A stretch of DNA of 64,000 bases from Promethearchaeati archaeon. GTDB taxonomy: Archaea; Asgardarchaeota; Heimdallarchaeia; Heimdallarchaeales; Heimdallarchaeaceae. Below, piece after piece: positions 40,479-50,986 of this stretch. The translations under genes and the position numbers were made by a program. Numbering within the stretch: the stretch's first letter is position 1; each line of letters opens with the position of its first letter. The stretch covers positions 31,096 through 95,095 of the forward strand of contig JABLTJ010000011.1 in the NCBI GenBank assembly GCA_013166775.1. The letters run 5' to 3'. The notes under the pieces are model-generated. The model ran no database searches. It saw nothing but the letters and a program-made list of their open reading frames with translations, and was not told the origin of the DNA.

Positions 40479-40545
40479 AATACCTCAGTTGTTTTGCCTT
40501 TTCTTATTACATCCGTTTAGTATATCTACCATTTTTTTAGTAACC

Positions 40546-41211
40546 TTAGATCTCACTTATAACAATAGATCTTAGAGCATCTGAAGCATCCTCAGCAGAG
40601 TTAGCAGCTTTTTCTATCTCTCTAATAGCATGATCAAAGATAATTAAGGATGCAAAATTGTCACTTATTCCAGAAAAATCAAAGTAGTGGTTTTTCAATC
40701 TAGTGTATAAACCATCAACTTGATGTTCAATAAAACTAATCTCAGTTGTGAGATCAACAGTTCTTCGAATATCCTTTCTATAAACAGAGAGAGCTTCAAT
40801 TAGTTTCTTAACACAAAGATCTACTAATTCACAAGCTTTCGTAATTTCTTCCAGGATATGTTCAGGTAATTTTACATTGTGTAATATTAGAAAGTTATTA
40901 CATGCTCTTTTAGCACAGCCAGCAACTTCATCAGCTCTTTTGACAAAAGTTAGTATATCTGATCGGAGTTTTGATTTTAAGCTCCCCTTAGTTAATTCTA
41001 ACCAAATATCAGCTAATATCTTATCGGCAGCATTTTCTTCTGCAGTAATATTACCAACATGCAAATCTAATGTCGCAGTATCATTGACTTTCCATGCTTC
41101 CATGGCTCTTATTAACGATTGAGTTGCTTGGTGGATTTTTGCTAAATGTTGATTCATTTTTTGATGAATTTCTTTTTCTGAATCTTTTCTAACAAAATTA
41201 CTTAATCTCAT
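40546..41211 (-). CDS. DUF47/TIGR00153 phosphate-transport regulator
   Basis: EENAADK, RSDIL..ADEVA, IEHQVD, AEDASD; adjacent to PiT. Confidence 0.88.
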   Translation of the reverse strand: MRLSNFVRKDSEKEIHQKMNQHLAKIHQATQSLIRAMEAWKVNDTATLDLHVGNITAEENAADKILADIWLELTKGSLKSKLRSDILTFVKRADEVAGCAKRACNNFLILHNVKLPEHILEEITKACELVDLCVKKLIEALSVYRKDIRRTVDLTTEISFIEHQVDGLYTRLKNHYFDFSGISDNFASLIIFDHAIREIEKAANSAEDASDALRSIVISEI

Positions 41212-41355
41212 TTGAATCCTCTTTAATAGCAAATTAAATCAAAATACTTCATTTAAAAATATGAGTGTTTAGTTATGTGAAAACGTATCAAGAAAAATAG
41301 AAAAATAAATTAAAAAACATCTTTGATCAAAAAAATAATTGAGAGGATACAATCT

Positions 41356-42621
41356 TTATCCATACATTGATGTATCAGCTATAGATTCTGGATATTCTTC
41401 ATCCTCGGGAATCTCTGATTTCGCTCTGGGCTTAAATTTGGGTTGATATCTATGCACGCTTCTATCTTTTTCTCTATCTTCTTTTCTTAGATAGAGTTTC
41501 CTAATTTCCTTATTCACAAAGAGCTCTATTCTTCGAATCATGTTCATTTCTTCAGACTCTACTAATGAGATTGCTTTCCCCGCTCGTTCCATCCTGGATG
41601 TTCTCCCAATCCTGTGGACATAGTTTTCTACATTTCCTACAGGGAGATCGTAATTAAAAATGTGGGAAACATGAGGAATATCAAGTCCTCTTGCAGCAAC
41701 ATCTGTTGCTATCAAACAAGTAATTTTCTTCTTTCTAAAGTTCTTCATAGTAATTTCTCTTTGTTTTTGAGACATATCCCCTTGCAACATTCCAATTCTC
41801 AACTGAACTCTTTTATCATCTTTCAGTCTTCTTTCTAGATTTGCTCCCCATCTTTTTGTGTTAACAAATACAATACAAGATTGAGGATTCTCTCTCTGCA
41901 GTATGCTAACAAAATTGTTGTATTTATGTCTGGGATTATCGATTTCGTAGTAGAACTGTTTGCAGGCACCTACAGTTAAATCATCATGACTAACATCTAT
42001 TTCCACTAAATCTTCATCCCAACTGTAATCATGAGCTATATCTTTTACTTCTTTGAGCATAGTAGCTGAAAATAGTAGTAATCTTGGGTAGACATTTTTC
42101 ATTGCTTCAAACAAGATATAATCTACATCAGGTAGAAAACCCATGTCAAGCATTCTATCTGCTTCATCTAGAACAACAAATCGCACGTTCTTAAAGGAAA
42201 CTGTTTTACGTTTGTACAAATCAATAAGTCTTCCAGGAGTAGCTATAACTATCTGAGCTCCTGCACGAATGTTCTCTATTTGTCTATTAATTGAAACTCC
42301 ACCATAGACTTCAACAGATCTTAAATGTCTGTATTTTGTTAAATCTCTGAAAACATAATAGACTTGTTTACAGAGTTCTCTGGTAGGCACTAAAACAACA
42401 GCTTGAATGTTTCTTAATGTAGGATCAAGCTGTTCAACAATAGGAATTGCAAAAGCAAGTGTTTTTCCTGTTCCAGTTTGAGCTTGAGCCATGATGTGTG
42501 TTTTATCAGATTCGAAAATTTTTGGAATTGCTTTTTCTTGAACATCAGTTGGAGTTTGAATCCCCATTTCATCCAAAGCGCGTTTAATTTCGTTTTTTAT
42601 GTTGTAATCTTTAAATTTCAT
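41356..42621 (-). CDS. DEAD-box RNA helicase
   Basis: Q motif, AQTGTGKT, PTREL, TPGR, DEAD, SAT, ARGLD, HRIGRT.R. Confidence 0.97.
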   Translation of the reverse strand: MKFKDYNIKNEIKRALDEMGIQTPTDVQEKAIPKIFESDKTHIMAQAQTGTGKTLAFAIPIVEQLDPTLRNIQAVVLVPTRELCKQVYYVFRDLTKYRHLRSVEVYGGVSINRQIENIRAGAQIVIATPGRLIDLYKRKTVSFKNVRFVVLDEADRMLDMGFLPDVDYILFEAMKNVYPRLLLFSATMLKEVKDIAHDYSWDEDLVEIDVSHDDLTVGACKQFYYEIDNPRHKYNNFVSILQRENPQSCIVFVNTKRWGANLERRLKDDKRVQLRIGMLQGDMSQKQREITMKNFRKKKITCLIATDVAARGLDIPHVSHIFNYDLPVGNVENYVHRIGRTSRMERAGKAISLVESEEMNMIRRIELFVNKEIRKLYLRKEDREKDRSVHRYQPKFKPRAKSEIPEDEEYPESIADTSMYG

Positions 42622-42911
42622 TTGTATCAATTGTGTTTAGTTGTGTATTAAACCAAGTATCATTGTAACGAATGTATAATTCTTAGCAATTGATATCATA
42701 GTTTGTAATTGTTGGAAAAAATAGAACTTTTTCTTCTTCTAATCTTCTCAACTCTGTACTAAATCTGATTTTAGACTTTAAAAGACTTTGTTATTACAAC
42801 AGAATAAAGAAACAAAAAATTAGAGGGGTTTTTATGATATAAACATCAATTCATATTGAAAAACTTATAACAGTTCAAGAATTTTGATTTCATCTAAAAG
42901 AGGTAATATAG

Positions 42912-44021
42912 ATGCTTGATGATTACAATGAAAAACTAGCAAAACTTGTCGTTAATTATTCTGTGAAAGTACAAAAGGATGATAAAGTAACAATTAATGG
43001 AGGAGTTGATTCAGCAGATTTAGCCCGTGAAATATATTTAGAGGTTGTTAAAGTGGGAGGGCATGTTATCAACACCAAAATTGGTATTCCAGGCTTAGCA
43101 GAATTGTTTTACAAAAATGCTCAAGATAACCAGATAAAATATCAAAATCCCATTTCAAAAGTGATGATAGAAGAAGTTGATAAAACTATCAATATTTTTA
43201 GTTCAACGAATAGAAAAGCCCTTGCAAATGTAGACCCTGCAAAATTAATGATGGCGAGAGAGGCAAGTAAAGAGCTACAGAAACGTTATAGTGATCGTGT
43301 AGCTAAAGGAGAAATTGATTGGGTAATCTGCCCATTTCCAGCTCCTGCTTTTGCTCAAGAAGGTAACATGGGCACATTCGAGTATAAGGAATTTGTGTAT
43401 AATGCTTTAGCATTAAATGAAGAGAATCCTGTTGAACACTGGGAAAAAGTAAAAGTGGAGCAAGCAGTAATTGTAGAAATTCTGAACAAAGGAAAAGAAC
43501 TACGCATAGTAGGAGAAGATACAGACCTAACTTTAGGAATCGAAGGAAGGAAATGGATTAATGCTTGTGGAGATAAGAATCTACCAGATGGAGAAGTGTT
43601 TACATCCCCTATTGAAGATGCTGTTAATGGAATAATTAGTTTTACTTACCCAGGCATTTACATGGGTAAAGAAGTTGAAAATATCTGGTTGAAATTCAAA
43701 GATGGAAAAGTTATTGAATCCAGTGCTTCAAAAGGTCAAGAAGTGTTAGATAAGGTTCTAGAAGTGGAAAATGCAGATATTCTTGGAGAAATAGCTATAG
43801 GAACTAATTATGGAATTCAACGTTTTACAAAGAACATGCTCTTTGATGAGAAAATGGGTGGGACAATTCATCTTGCCTTAGGAAACGGATTTAAGGAAAT
43901 TGGTTCTAAAAATGAATCGACAATTCACTGGGATATTCTCAAAGATATGAAAAGTGAAGATTCAGTTATTTATCTTGATGGTAAGGAAATCTATAAAGCT
44001 GGAAAATGGTTAATACCTTAG
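42912..44021 (+). CDS. M29 family aminopeptidase (AmpS/PepS-like)
   Basis: NLPDGEVFT, GEIAIG, LFDEKMGGTIHLALG, IHWD. Confidence 0.95.
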   Translation: MLDDYNEKLAKLVVNYSVKVQKDDKVTINGGVDSADLAREIYLEVVKVGGHVINTKIGIPGLAELFYKNAQDNQIKYQNPISKVMIEEVDKTINIFSSTNRKALANVDPAKLMMAREASKELQKRYSDRVAKGEIDWVICPFPAPAFAQEGNMGTFEYKEFVYNALALNEENPVEHWEKVKVEQAVIVEILNKGKELRIVGEDTDLTLGIEGRKWINACGDKNLPDGEVFTSPIEDAVNGIISFTYPGIYMGKEVENIWLKFKDGKVIESSASKGQEVLDKVLEVENADILGEIAIGTNYGIQRFTKNMLFDEKMGGTIHLALGNGFKEIGSKNESTIHWDILKDMKSEDSVIYLDGKEIYKAGKWLIP

Positions 44022-44025
44022 ATTT

Positions 44026-44730
44026 TCAGTCTGTTTTTCCGACCAACAATTCCTTATTTTTTTTAACATATTTCCAACCAAAACCTGAGAGATCCTGCAA
44101 GGGTCCCTCTACTCCCTTAGGATTGCCAGTTTTTGTATAGGTTATTTCTGTATCTTTTATAGCTTCGAACACCTTGAGAGGAGTTTTGAATTGCTCAATA
44201 AGTGCTTGTGCTTTCTTAGGACCAGTATCAATCAATCCTTCTAGAGCATAAGCTCGTCTTTCTTCAATTGTCATCCCTTTAGGGGCTCTTCTAGCTAATG
44301 TGGGTTTGGTATCCTCAATCTGTTCTCTGTAAGCTATTCTTTCAATAACTATGAGAGTATCCTCAGTTGTTACAGTGGGAATAACAGATACACCCAGCTT
44401 ATAGGAAATATAAGCCAATGCACCATATATGGAGGAAAGATTCATCCCCGTGTTTTCGAGAGCTAAATAATCAAAACTTTCCAAAATTAGGATAGGATTG
44501 GGATAGGTATCAAGCAATCTTAGCATTTGTTCAAACAAGCGACCATCCATAATGGAAGAAATAAAATCAGATCCAGTTTTTCTTTCAATTGCTACATCTT
44601 CGGAAACAATTACATCTCCAACATCTAGAGCCTTAGTCTCATAAATAATAGAATCTTGTTTCTGTTCTAGTAATTTAATCAGCTTTGACTCTCGGTTATC
44701 TATAATTAAATTGAGTTTGTGCTTGTTCAT
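44026..44730 (-). CDS. Short XPF/ERCC4 structure-specific endonuclease (nuclease + HhH, no helicase)
   Basis: IIDNRE, GDVIV..IERKT..DF..SI.DGRL; HhH GPKKA; start uncertain (44730-44778). Confidence 0.9.
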   Translation of the reverse strand: MNKHKLNLIIDNRESKLIKLLEQKQDSIIYETKALDVGDVIVSEDVAIERKTGSDFISSIMDGRLFEQMLRLLDTYPNPILILESFDYLALENTGMNLSSIYGALAYISYKLGVSVIPTVTTEDTLIVIERIAYREQIEDTKPTLARRAPKGMTIEERRAYALEGLIDTGPKKAQALIEQFKTPLKVFEAIKDTEITYTKTGNPKGVEGPLQDLSGFGWKYVKKNKELLVGKTD

Positions 44731-45009
44731 TACTCTAAATTTAACCATAGATTCTTTAATTTTTCTTCGAAAGTGCATGAATATTTTATTTAAAAATAAA
44801 AAAAGAAAAAAAGAAATATTTCTATTTTCATGTTAGCTAAATTGTTACATCTGCAGATAAAAATCAATTAAAAACAATAGGCAAAATTTGCCTATAATTG
44901 TAAAATAATGTTATTATAAGAAAAAGGATTATATTTTAGTTTAAAAAGTCATTAACGCATTTTAGGAAGATGGAGATAATATTAAAAAAAGAATTTTAAT
45001 AGGTAAAAT

Positions 45010-45246
45010 TTGCCTATTTTTATGGTCATGTTTCACATAATGGTTATAGGAACCTATTTCATAGGAAGTGACATAATTCCAGATGAAAAAGACTCTGAAA
45101 AAAACCATAAAGCTTTACAAAAACTAGGTGTCGAACCTGAACTTGCAACCAAAGACCCAGACCGAGTGCTTGTAGAACAGAAAGTTGAAATTAGTGCTCA
45201 AGTTCCTGCTGAAGAGGAAGTCGAAGTTCCAGTTAAAACAGAGTAG
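45010..45246 (+). CDS. Small acidic hypothetical protein (start uncertain)
   Basis: Coding-like 3' part PDEKDSEKN..EEEVEVPVKTE followed by a T-tract. Confidence 0.55.
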   Translation: MPIFMVMFHIMVIGTYFIGSDIIPDEKDSEKNHKALQKLGVEPELATKDPDRVLVEQKVEISAQVPAEEEVEVPVKTE

Positions 45247-45403
45247 AGTACAGATTTTCCTTTTTTTATTTGATTTAATCTTTCAGTCTTTGTGTGATAT
45301 TTTCTACTCTGTATGTTTATTTATTTCTTGTAAGAACAACAAATTTATAGTTGACTACTCACTTTAACTATATTATCTGAACACAATTTGGTTTAATACT
45401 AAA

Positions 45404-46312
45404 TTGGAGACTATAAAAATGAATAAGAGTGACATACAATCTTTGGTCAGTTTTCCTATCATATTAGCAATCGCGGCTGGACTCGCCTATGGTGGGAGTA
45501 TAGGAGGAGTTATTGCTTTTGCGAGACTTCCTTTGTTTGCTTTCTGCGTAATTATAGCTTTTGTAATTCAATGGCTTGCTTTTATACCCTCATATATCTT
45601 TAAGACCGAAAAATTTTTTGATATAACTGGATCGATAACATACGCAACTGTAATCATTATTGCTGTTGTTCTTGGCCCTGCAATCAGTCTACGTTCCATT
45701 CTATTAATGGTTTTAGTTTTAATTTGGACATCTCGTCTCGGGATTTTCTTACTTAGAAGAATCTTAAAAGCAGGCGATGATAAGCGATTTGATGAAATTA
45801 AACAATCCTTTTCTCGATTACTAGGAGCTTGGACCCTCCAAGGGCTCTGGGTTAGTTTTACTTTAGCTGCTGCTTTAGCTGCAATTACTATAGAGCAACC
45901 AGATACATACAGCGCCTATGATTTGGCAGGTCTTATTCTTGGTATTCTTGTGTGGATACTTGGGTTTGCATTCGAAGCAATTGCTGATTATCAAAAAAAC
46001 AAATTTAGATCCGTCCCTGAAAACAAGGGTAAATTTATCAACACTGGATTATGGTCCATCTCCCGACACCCAAATTACTTTGGAGAGATCACAATTTGGA
46101 TAGGTATAGCAATAATAGCATTGCCAAGCCTTGTTACTTGGAGGTTTGTAACCCTAATTTCCCCTGTTTTTGTGATATTACTTCTAACTGCAATCAGTGG
46201 GGTTCCCTTACTGGAGAAACGTGCAGACAAAAAATGGGGAGGGCAAGAAGATTACGAGGAGTACAAAAAAAATACTCCAGTTTTGATTCCAAAACTGCGT
46301 TTTAAGAAGTAA
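45404..46312 (+). CDS. DUF1295 / steroid 5-alpha-reductase-like membrane protein
   Basis: EKFFDITGS, DKRF, ADYQK, GLWSISRHPNYFGE, SGVPLLE. Confidence 0.92.
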   Translation: METIKMNKSDIQSLVSFPIILAIAAGLAYGGSIGGVIAFARLPLFAFCVIIAFVIQWLAFIPSYIFKTEKFFDITGSITYATVIIIAVVLGPAISLRSILLMVLVLIWTSRLGIFLLRRILKAGDDKRFDEIKQSFSRLLGAWTLQGLWVSFTLAAALAAITIEQPDTYSAYDLAGLILGILVWILGFAFEAIADYQKNKFRSVPENKGKFINTGLWSISRHPNYFGEITIWIGIAIIALPSLVTWRFVTLISPVFVILLLTAISGVPLLEKRADKKWGGQEDYEEYKKNTPVLIPKLRFKK

Positions 46313-46371
46313 CCTTTCTTTTTTTTATTTAAAAAAATAAGAAATATAAACCATTCAGATAAGGTAATAAT

Positions 46372-46863
46372 GTGAAAGATACTAAACCGATAGATTCAAG
46401 CATCATAAGAGATTCCGCTAATGTTTTATTTGAGAATAATGGCAAGAAAATTGAACAAATCTCGTTTCTAGGACGAGGAGAAGGATCAGCGGTTTTTAAA
46501 ATAAATACTACAGACACAGCGTACTGTTTAAAAACAGCTCTTTACCCTGAGAGAACGCAAAAAATACTTAACGAAGCAAATATTCGCGACGGTTTTATTA
46601 AAAAAGGATAAAAATTTGTACCTTCTCCTAGGTACATTGATCAAGATTTCTTTAGAAATGGTGCAGTTGTATACGATTTTATAGAAGGTAAAACTTCGGT
46701 ATTTAACTCTATTAATATGATAAAGCAAACGGCAAGTTGTTTAGCTGAAATCCATAAACTCGATTATGAGATTATCCCAAATGGATTAGACCACATGATA
46801 AAGAACCATCATACTCTGCAACAAACAATGAATCATATAAAAACTGATTATCCCCTAGCCTAG
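46372..46863 (+). pseudogene. APH-like kinase N-terminal half with internal TAA and 3' truncation
   Basis: LGRGEGS..CLK..ERTQKILNEA..KG*KFVPSP..NGAVVYDFIEG..TMNHIKTDYP homologous to ~19900-20200; TAA 46609-46611; ends before HGD. Confidence 0.88.
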
Positions 46864-46927
46864 TATTTTTTTCATATAATTAAGAAAGATGAAAACATTT
46901 GTTTAATCAATAAAATTTGGTTTCACT

Positions 46928-47179
46928 TCATTTCCATTTAATCCTTAGTTTTTCAGCCAATTCCTTATTGGAGGGTTCTACGAGAATGGTATCATCAACA
47001 AATACAATTGTTGGAACTTTGGCTTTGCCTTTGTTCAATTCCATTATAATTTTCCTACCTTCATCATCCTCATCTATGTCTACAATCTTGTAGGAAATAT
47101 TATTTTCATCTAAAAATTTCTTTGATCTCTTACAATCCCCGCACCATGAGGTTGCATACATAATTTTTATTGAAACCAT
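46928..47179 (-). CDS. Glutaredoxin-like NrdH/mycoredoxin-type protein
   Basis: WCGDC, VPTIVF..EPS. Confidence 0.9.
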   Translation of the reverse strand: MVSIKIMYATSWCGDCKRSKKFLDENNISYKIVDIDEDDEGRKIIMELNKGKAKVPTIVFVDDTILVEPSNKELAEKLRIKWK

Positions 47180-47322
47180 TTAGTGCTGTTTGAAAATACC
47201 TTTATTTAAAATCTACCCTCTATCAATTCGTAAAAGATTTTTTAATGTCGCGTAATTACTTTTTTATATAAGAGATAATCACGCGTTTATATATTGTAGA
47301 GAAGTCATGGAGGATTATTACT

Positions 47323-48963
47323 TTGCCTGAAAATGTTATTGTAGCTGATAAAATTAAAATCTCTGCTTTTGAGACCATTCGTTCCATTAATGGAGATAAA
47401 GTGATTGCAGAATCTTATCCTGGTTATTTAGTTGATGAATCAAAGATTAGTGGTGGACATGCTCAATGGCTATGTTTCCCTACTAATGAACAAGAAATTG
47501 TTTCAGTCATTAACAAAATGAAAGAAGAGAACCAAGCTATTACTATTTCTGCAGCAAGAACAGGGATTGTTGGTTCAGCAGTTCCTCTTCTAGGTGGAGC
47601 TGTTGTTTCCTTAGAACGTATGGATGATTTCATCGGTTTAGGATACGATGAGGAAGAAAGTAAATGGTTTGCAAGAGTTCAACCAAATATAACTCTAAAC
47701 GTAATAAACGAAATAGTTAAGCTAAAAAAAATTGAAGAAAGCCAAAGTATTCCTCTAGAAAAAAACTGGATAGAGAAATTCAATGAAGAGCCAATTATGT
47801 TTTATCCAATAGATCCAACAGAAATGACTGCATCAATTGGTGGATGTATAGCTGCTAATGCATCAGGAGCTAGAACATTCAAATACGGGGCTACTAGAGA
47901 TTGGGTTCGCCGTCTAAGAGTCATTATCAGTACTGGAGAAGTGTTGGAAATCCCACGTGGAAAATACAAGGCTAAGGATGGAGTTTTCATCATAAAAACT
48001 GCAGAACAAGAGTTTGAAATCAAAGTTCCAACATATCAATTACCCAAAGCAAAAAATGCTGCTGGTTTATATACAACACCAGAGATGGATCTAATCGATC
48101 TTTTTATTGGTTCTGAAGGGATTTTTGGCTTTATTACAGAAGCAGATGTCTGGTTGAAAGATTATATTCCACACATATCCAATGTTGCTTTCTTCACTAA
48201 TGAAGTTGATGCAATAAAATTCGTAAATTTGTTACGGAGTAGTTCAAAATTCAAACCTGAATTCATGGAGTATTTTGATAATAACGCTCTCACTCTTTTA
48301 AGAGATACACAAAAAGTAGACCCTAAGTTTGTCGATATGCCAAACATTCCAGAGGAAGCTAAAACAGCAATTTCATTTGATCTTGGTTACAAAGAAGATA
48401 CTTTAGAAGAAACCTTCAAAGAAATTGGTTTAATGCTAGAAAAGTGTAACTCATCCCTAAAAGATACTTGGAGTGCATATGAAGAGCGAGAACTTGATAG
48501 ATTTAAGCATTTTAGACATGCGGTTCCAGAAATTGTTAACAATATAATTGCTGAGCGTAAGAAGAAATATCCTTCCATTCATAAATTAGGAACCGATATG
48601 TCTGTTGAAGATGAGTATATTGGCGAGATGATGGAGTTCTATCATAAAATTCTCAATGAAGTAGGATTAGAATATGTTATTTGGGGGCATATTGGAGACA
48701 ATCATGTTCATGTTAATATCCTTCCAAAGAATATGGAAGATTTAGAGCTTGGGAAACAACTCTATAAGAAATTTGCTCAAAAAGCCGTTTCTTTTGGAGG
48801 TTCTGTTTCCGCTGAACACGGGATAGGAAAAATCAAACATGAATACCTTGAGATTATGTTTGGTAATGAAGCAATAAATGAGATGAGACAAGTAAAGTCC
48901 ACTCTTGACCCGAATTTCCTTTTCAATCCTGGAAATATTTTTTCTAAGGAGGTAACACAATGA
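47323..48963 (+). CDS. FAD-linked oxidase (D-lactate dehydrogenase/GlcD family)
   Basis: YPIDP..ASIGGCIAANASG..KYG, GSEGIFG, GHIGDNHVH, SAEHGIG, NPG. Confidence 0.93.
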   Translation: MPENVIVADKIKISAFETIRSINGDKVIAESYPGYLVDESKISGGHAQWLCFPTNEQEIVSVINKMKEENQAITISAARTGIVGSAVPLLGGAVVSLERMDDFIGLGYDEEESKWFARVQPNITLNVINEIVKLKKIEESQSIPLEKNWIEKFNEEPIMFYPIDPTEMTASIGGCIAANASGARTFKYGATRDWVRRLRVIISTGEVLEIPRGKYKAKDGVFIIKTAEQEFEIKVPTYQLPKAKNAAGLYTTPEMDLIDLFIGSEGIFGFITEADVWLKDYIPHISNVAFFTNEVDAIKFVNLLRSSSKFKPEFMEYFDNNALTLLRDTQKVDPKFVDMPNIPEEAKTAISFDLGYKEDTLEETFKEIGLMLEKCNSSLKDTWSAYEERELDRFKHFRHAVPEIVNNIIAERKKKYPSIHKLGTDMSVEDEYIGEMMEFYHKILNEVGLEYVIWGHIGDNHVHVNILPKNMEDLELGKQLYKKFAQKAVSFGGSVSAEHGIGKIKHEYLEIMFGNEAINEMRQVKSTLDPNFLFNPGNIFSKEVTQ

Positions 48964-49760
48964 AAATTGTAGTATTAGCTAAACAAGTTCCTGAAGCAGA
49001 TAAGGTAGCTGTTGATCCAGAAACTGGAACTTTGATTCGTGAAGGAGTTGCAGCGATTTTGAATCCTTATTGTGAGTATGCATTAGATGAAGCTGTTAAA
49101 CTAAAGAATTCACATCCAGAATTGGAAATAGAAGTAATAGCAATAAGTATGGGTCCACCTTTTGCAGTAACGGCGCTCATGCGATGTTTAGAATTAGGTG
49201 CAGATGAAGCTTATTTGCTTTCTGATAGAAAATTTGCTGGATCTGATGTCTGGGCAACATCAACTGCTTTGAAGGAAGGTGTTGCTAAATTAGTACCTGA
49301 TTTTGATCTTATATTGACTGGTAAACAAGCTATTGATGGAGATACAGCTCAAGTTCCTGCAGAAACTGCTGAACAACTTGGTGTTCCACAGATTACTTAT
49401 GGTGTTGAAACAGAAATCGAGAATAAAAGAATCAAAGTAAAAAGAGAAACGGATTATGGTTATCAAGTTCTTTCTGCGAGATTACCAACATTGGTAACAA
49501 TGAGTAAAGGATCTAATATTCGAAGAATTCCCTCAATGCAAGATGTGTTGGATGCAAGAAAGAAGAAGTTAGAGGTGAAGTCAGCAGATGATTTAGGGAT
49601 TGACGAAAGTAAAGTTGGTTTAAGTGCTTCACCTACCCAAGTTGATAGAATTTTTGCTCCTCCTGAAAAAGCTGGTGGTGCTCTTGTTCCAGAAGGAACA
49701 GATCCTAAGGTTGCTGCGAGGAAATTATACGATTTTCTAAAGGAGAATAATTATTTATAG
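48960..49760 (+). CDS. etfB: Electron transfer flavoprotein beta subunit
   Basis: KQVP, NPY, SMGP, GKQAIDGDTAQV, SPT. Confidence 0.95.
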   Translation: MKIVVLAKQVPEADKVAVDPETGTLIREGVAAILNPYCEYALDEAVKLKNSHPELEIEVIAISMGPPFAVTALMRCLELGADEAYLLSDRKFAGSDVWATSTALKEGVAKLVPDFDLILTGKQAIDGDTAQVPAETAEQLGVPQITYGVETEIENKRIKVKRETDYGYQVLSARLPTLVTMSKGSNIRRIPSMQDVLDARKKKLEVKSADDLGIDESKVGLSASPTQVDRIFAPPEKAGGALVPEGTDPKVAARKLYDFLKENNYL

Positions 49761-49773
49761 GGGTGTATGAAAG

Positions 49774-50982
49774 ATGTTGAAAATTGATATTGATGCCTGT
49801 ACTGGTTGTAAAATTTGTGAAAAAGTTTGTCCTTTTGCTGCGATAATTGTTGAACCAGAAACCAAAAAAGCTAAAGTTTTAGATAATTGTACTCTTTGTG
49901 GAACCTGTGTGAATGCCTGTCCTTATGATGCATTAAGCATAGAAAGGAAAGCCGTTTCAGAAAAAGAATTAGCTCTGTATAAAGATATTTTTGTTTGGGG
50001 AGAATGGGAAAGAAAGGGAGAAGAGATTCATATTAAAGGTGTTGCTCTGGAGCTTCTAGATAAAGGCAGAGAACTTGCAGAAAAACTAGGAGAATCGGTA
50101 GCAGTTCTTTTACTTGGGAAAGATGTTAAACATCTAGTTCCAGAATTATTCCATAATGGAGCTGATAAAGTCTATCTTGCTGAACATGATTTACTTGAAA
50201 ACTACTCTACTGATGGTTTTGCTACTGTAATTTCAAGTATAATTGCTTCAGAAAAACCCTCAATAGTCTTGTATGGTGCAACACCAAATGGAAGAGATTT
50301 AGCTCCCAGAATTGCTGCTAGATTAGCATTAGGTTTGACCGCGGATTGTACAGGATTAGATATCAATGCTAACAGACAATTAGTTCAAACTCGTCCAGCT
50401 TTTGGAGGTAATATTATGGCTTCTATACTTTCCCCATATACTAGACCCCAAATGTCAACAGTAAGACCTAATGTATTTGCTAAACCCAGTCCAGATGAAA
50501 CCAGAACCGGTGTTCTAGAAAAGGTTGATGTAAATCTCAGACCATTAAGCATAAGAACTAAAATTGAAGAAGAAACTATTTCCTCAGAAGACTCTATTAA
50601 TATCGAAGAATCCCACTTACTTGTTTCCATTGGGAGAGGAATAGGAAGCAAAGAGAACATCAAAATGATAGAAGAACTTGCAAAGGAATTAGAAGGAACC
50701 GTTTCCAGTTCTCGACCATTAGTAGATTTGGGATGGATGCCCCATCCTCAACAAGTGGGACAATCAGGTAAAACAGTAGCACCAAATCTGTATATTGCTC
50801 TAGCAATTTCAGGAGCTATCCAACATTTAGTGGGTATGTCTCACGCAAATACAGTAGTAGCTATAAACAAAGATCCTGAAGCGTCTATTTTTGGATTAGC
50901 TGATTTTGGGATTGTTGGAGATATTTTCGAAGTGATACCTGAATTCCTTAAAATTCTACGGGAAGAGAAGAAGAAAGATTAA
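49774..50982 (+). CDS. etfA: Electron transfer flavoprotein alpha subunit with N-terminal 2x[4Fe-4S] ferredoxin domain
   Basis: [12 protein letters not shown] and [12 protein letters not shown]; GLTADC; QVGQSGKTV; ISGAIQH. Confidence 0.95.
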   Translation: MLKIDIDACTGCKICEKVCPFAAIIVEPETKKAKVLDNCTLCGTCVNACPYDALSIERKAVSEKELALYKDIFVWGEWERKGEEIHIKGVALELLDKGRELAEKLGESVAVLLLGKDVKHLVPELFHNGADKVYLAEHDLLENYSTDGFATVISSIIASEKPSIVLYGATPNGRDLAPRIAARLALGLTADCTGLDINANRQLVQTRPAFGGNIMASILSPYTRPQMSTVRPNVFAKPSPDETRTGVLEKVDVNLRPLSIRTKIEEETISSEDSINIEESHLLVSIGRGIGSKENIKMIEELAKELEGTVSSSRPLVDLGWMPHPQQVGQSGKTVAPNLYIALAISGAIQHLVGMSHANTVVAINKDPEASIFGLADFGIVGDIFEVIPEFLKILREEKKKD

Positions 50983-50986
50983 GAGC

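Noticed and set aside
39922-40575. 217-aa plus-strand ORF
   Set aside because: Antisense shadow of the PiT gene
44780-45010. AT-rich region as a replication origin
   Set aside because: No ORB-like repeats or adjacent cdc6/orc1; consistent with divergent promoters
26913-46611. Stop-codon reassignment explaining internal stops
   Set aside because: Internal stops are of all three types, and TAA, TAG and TGA all terminate intact genes here
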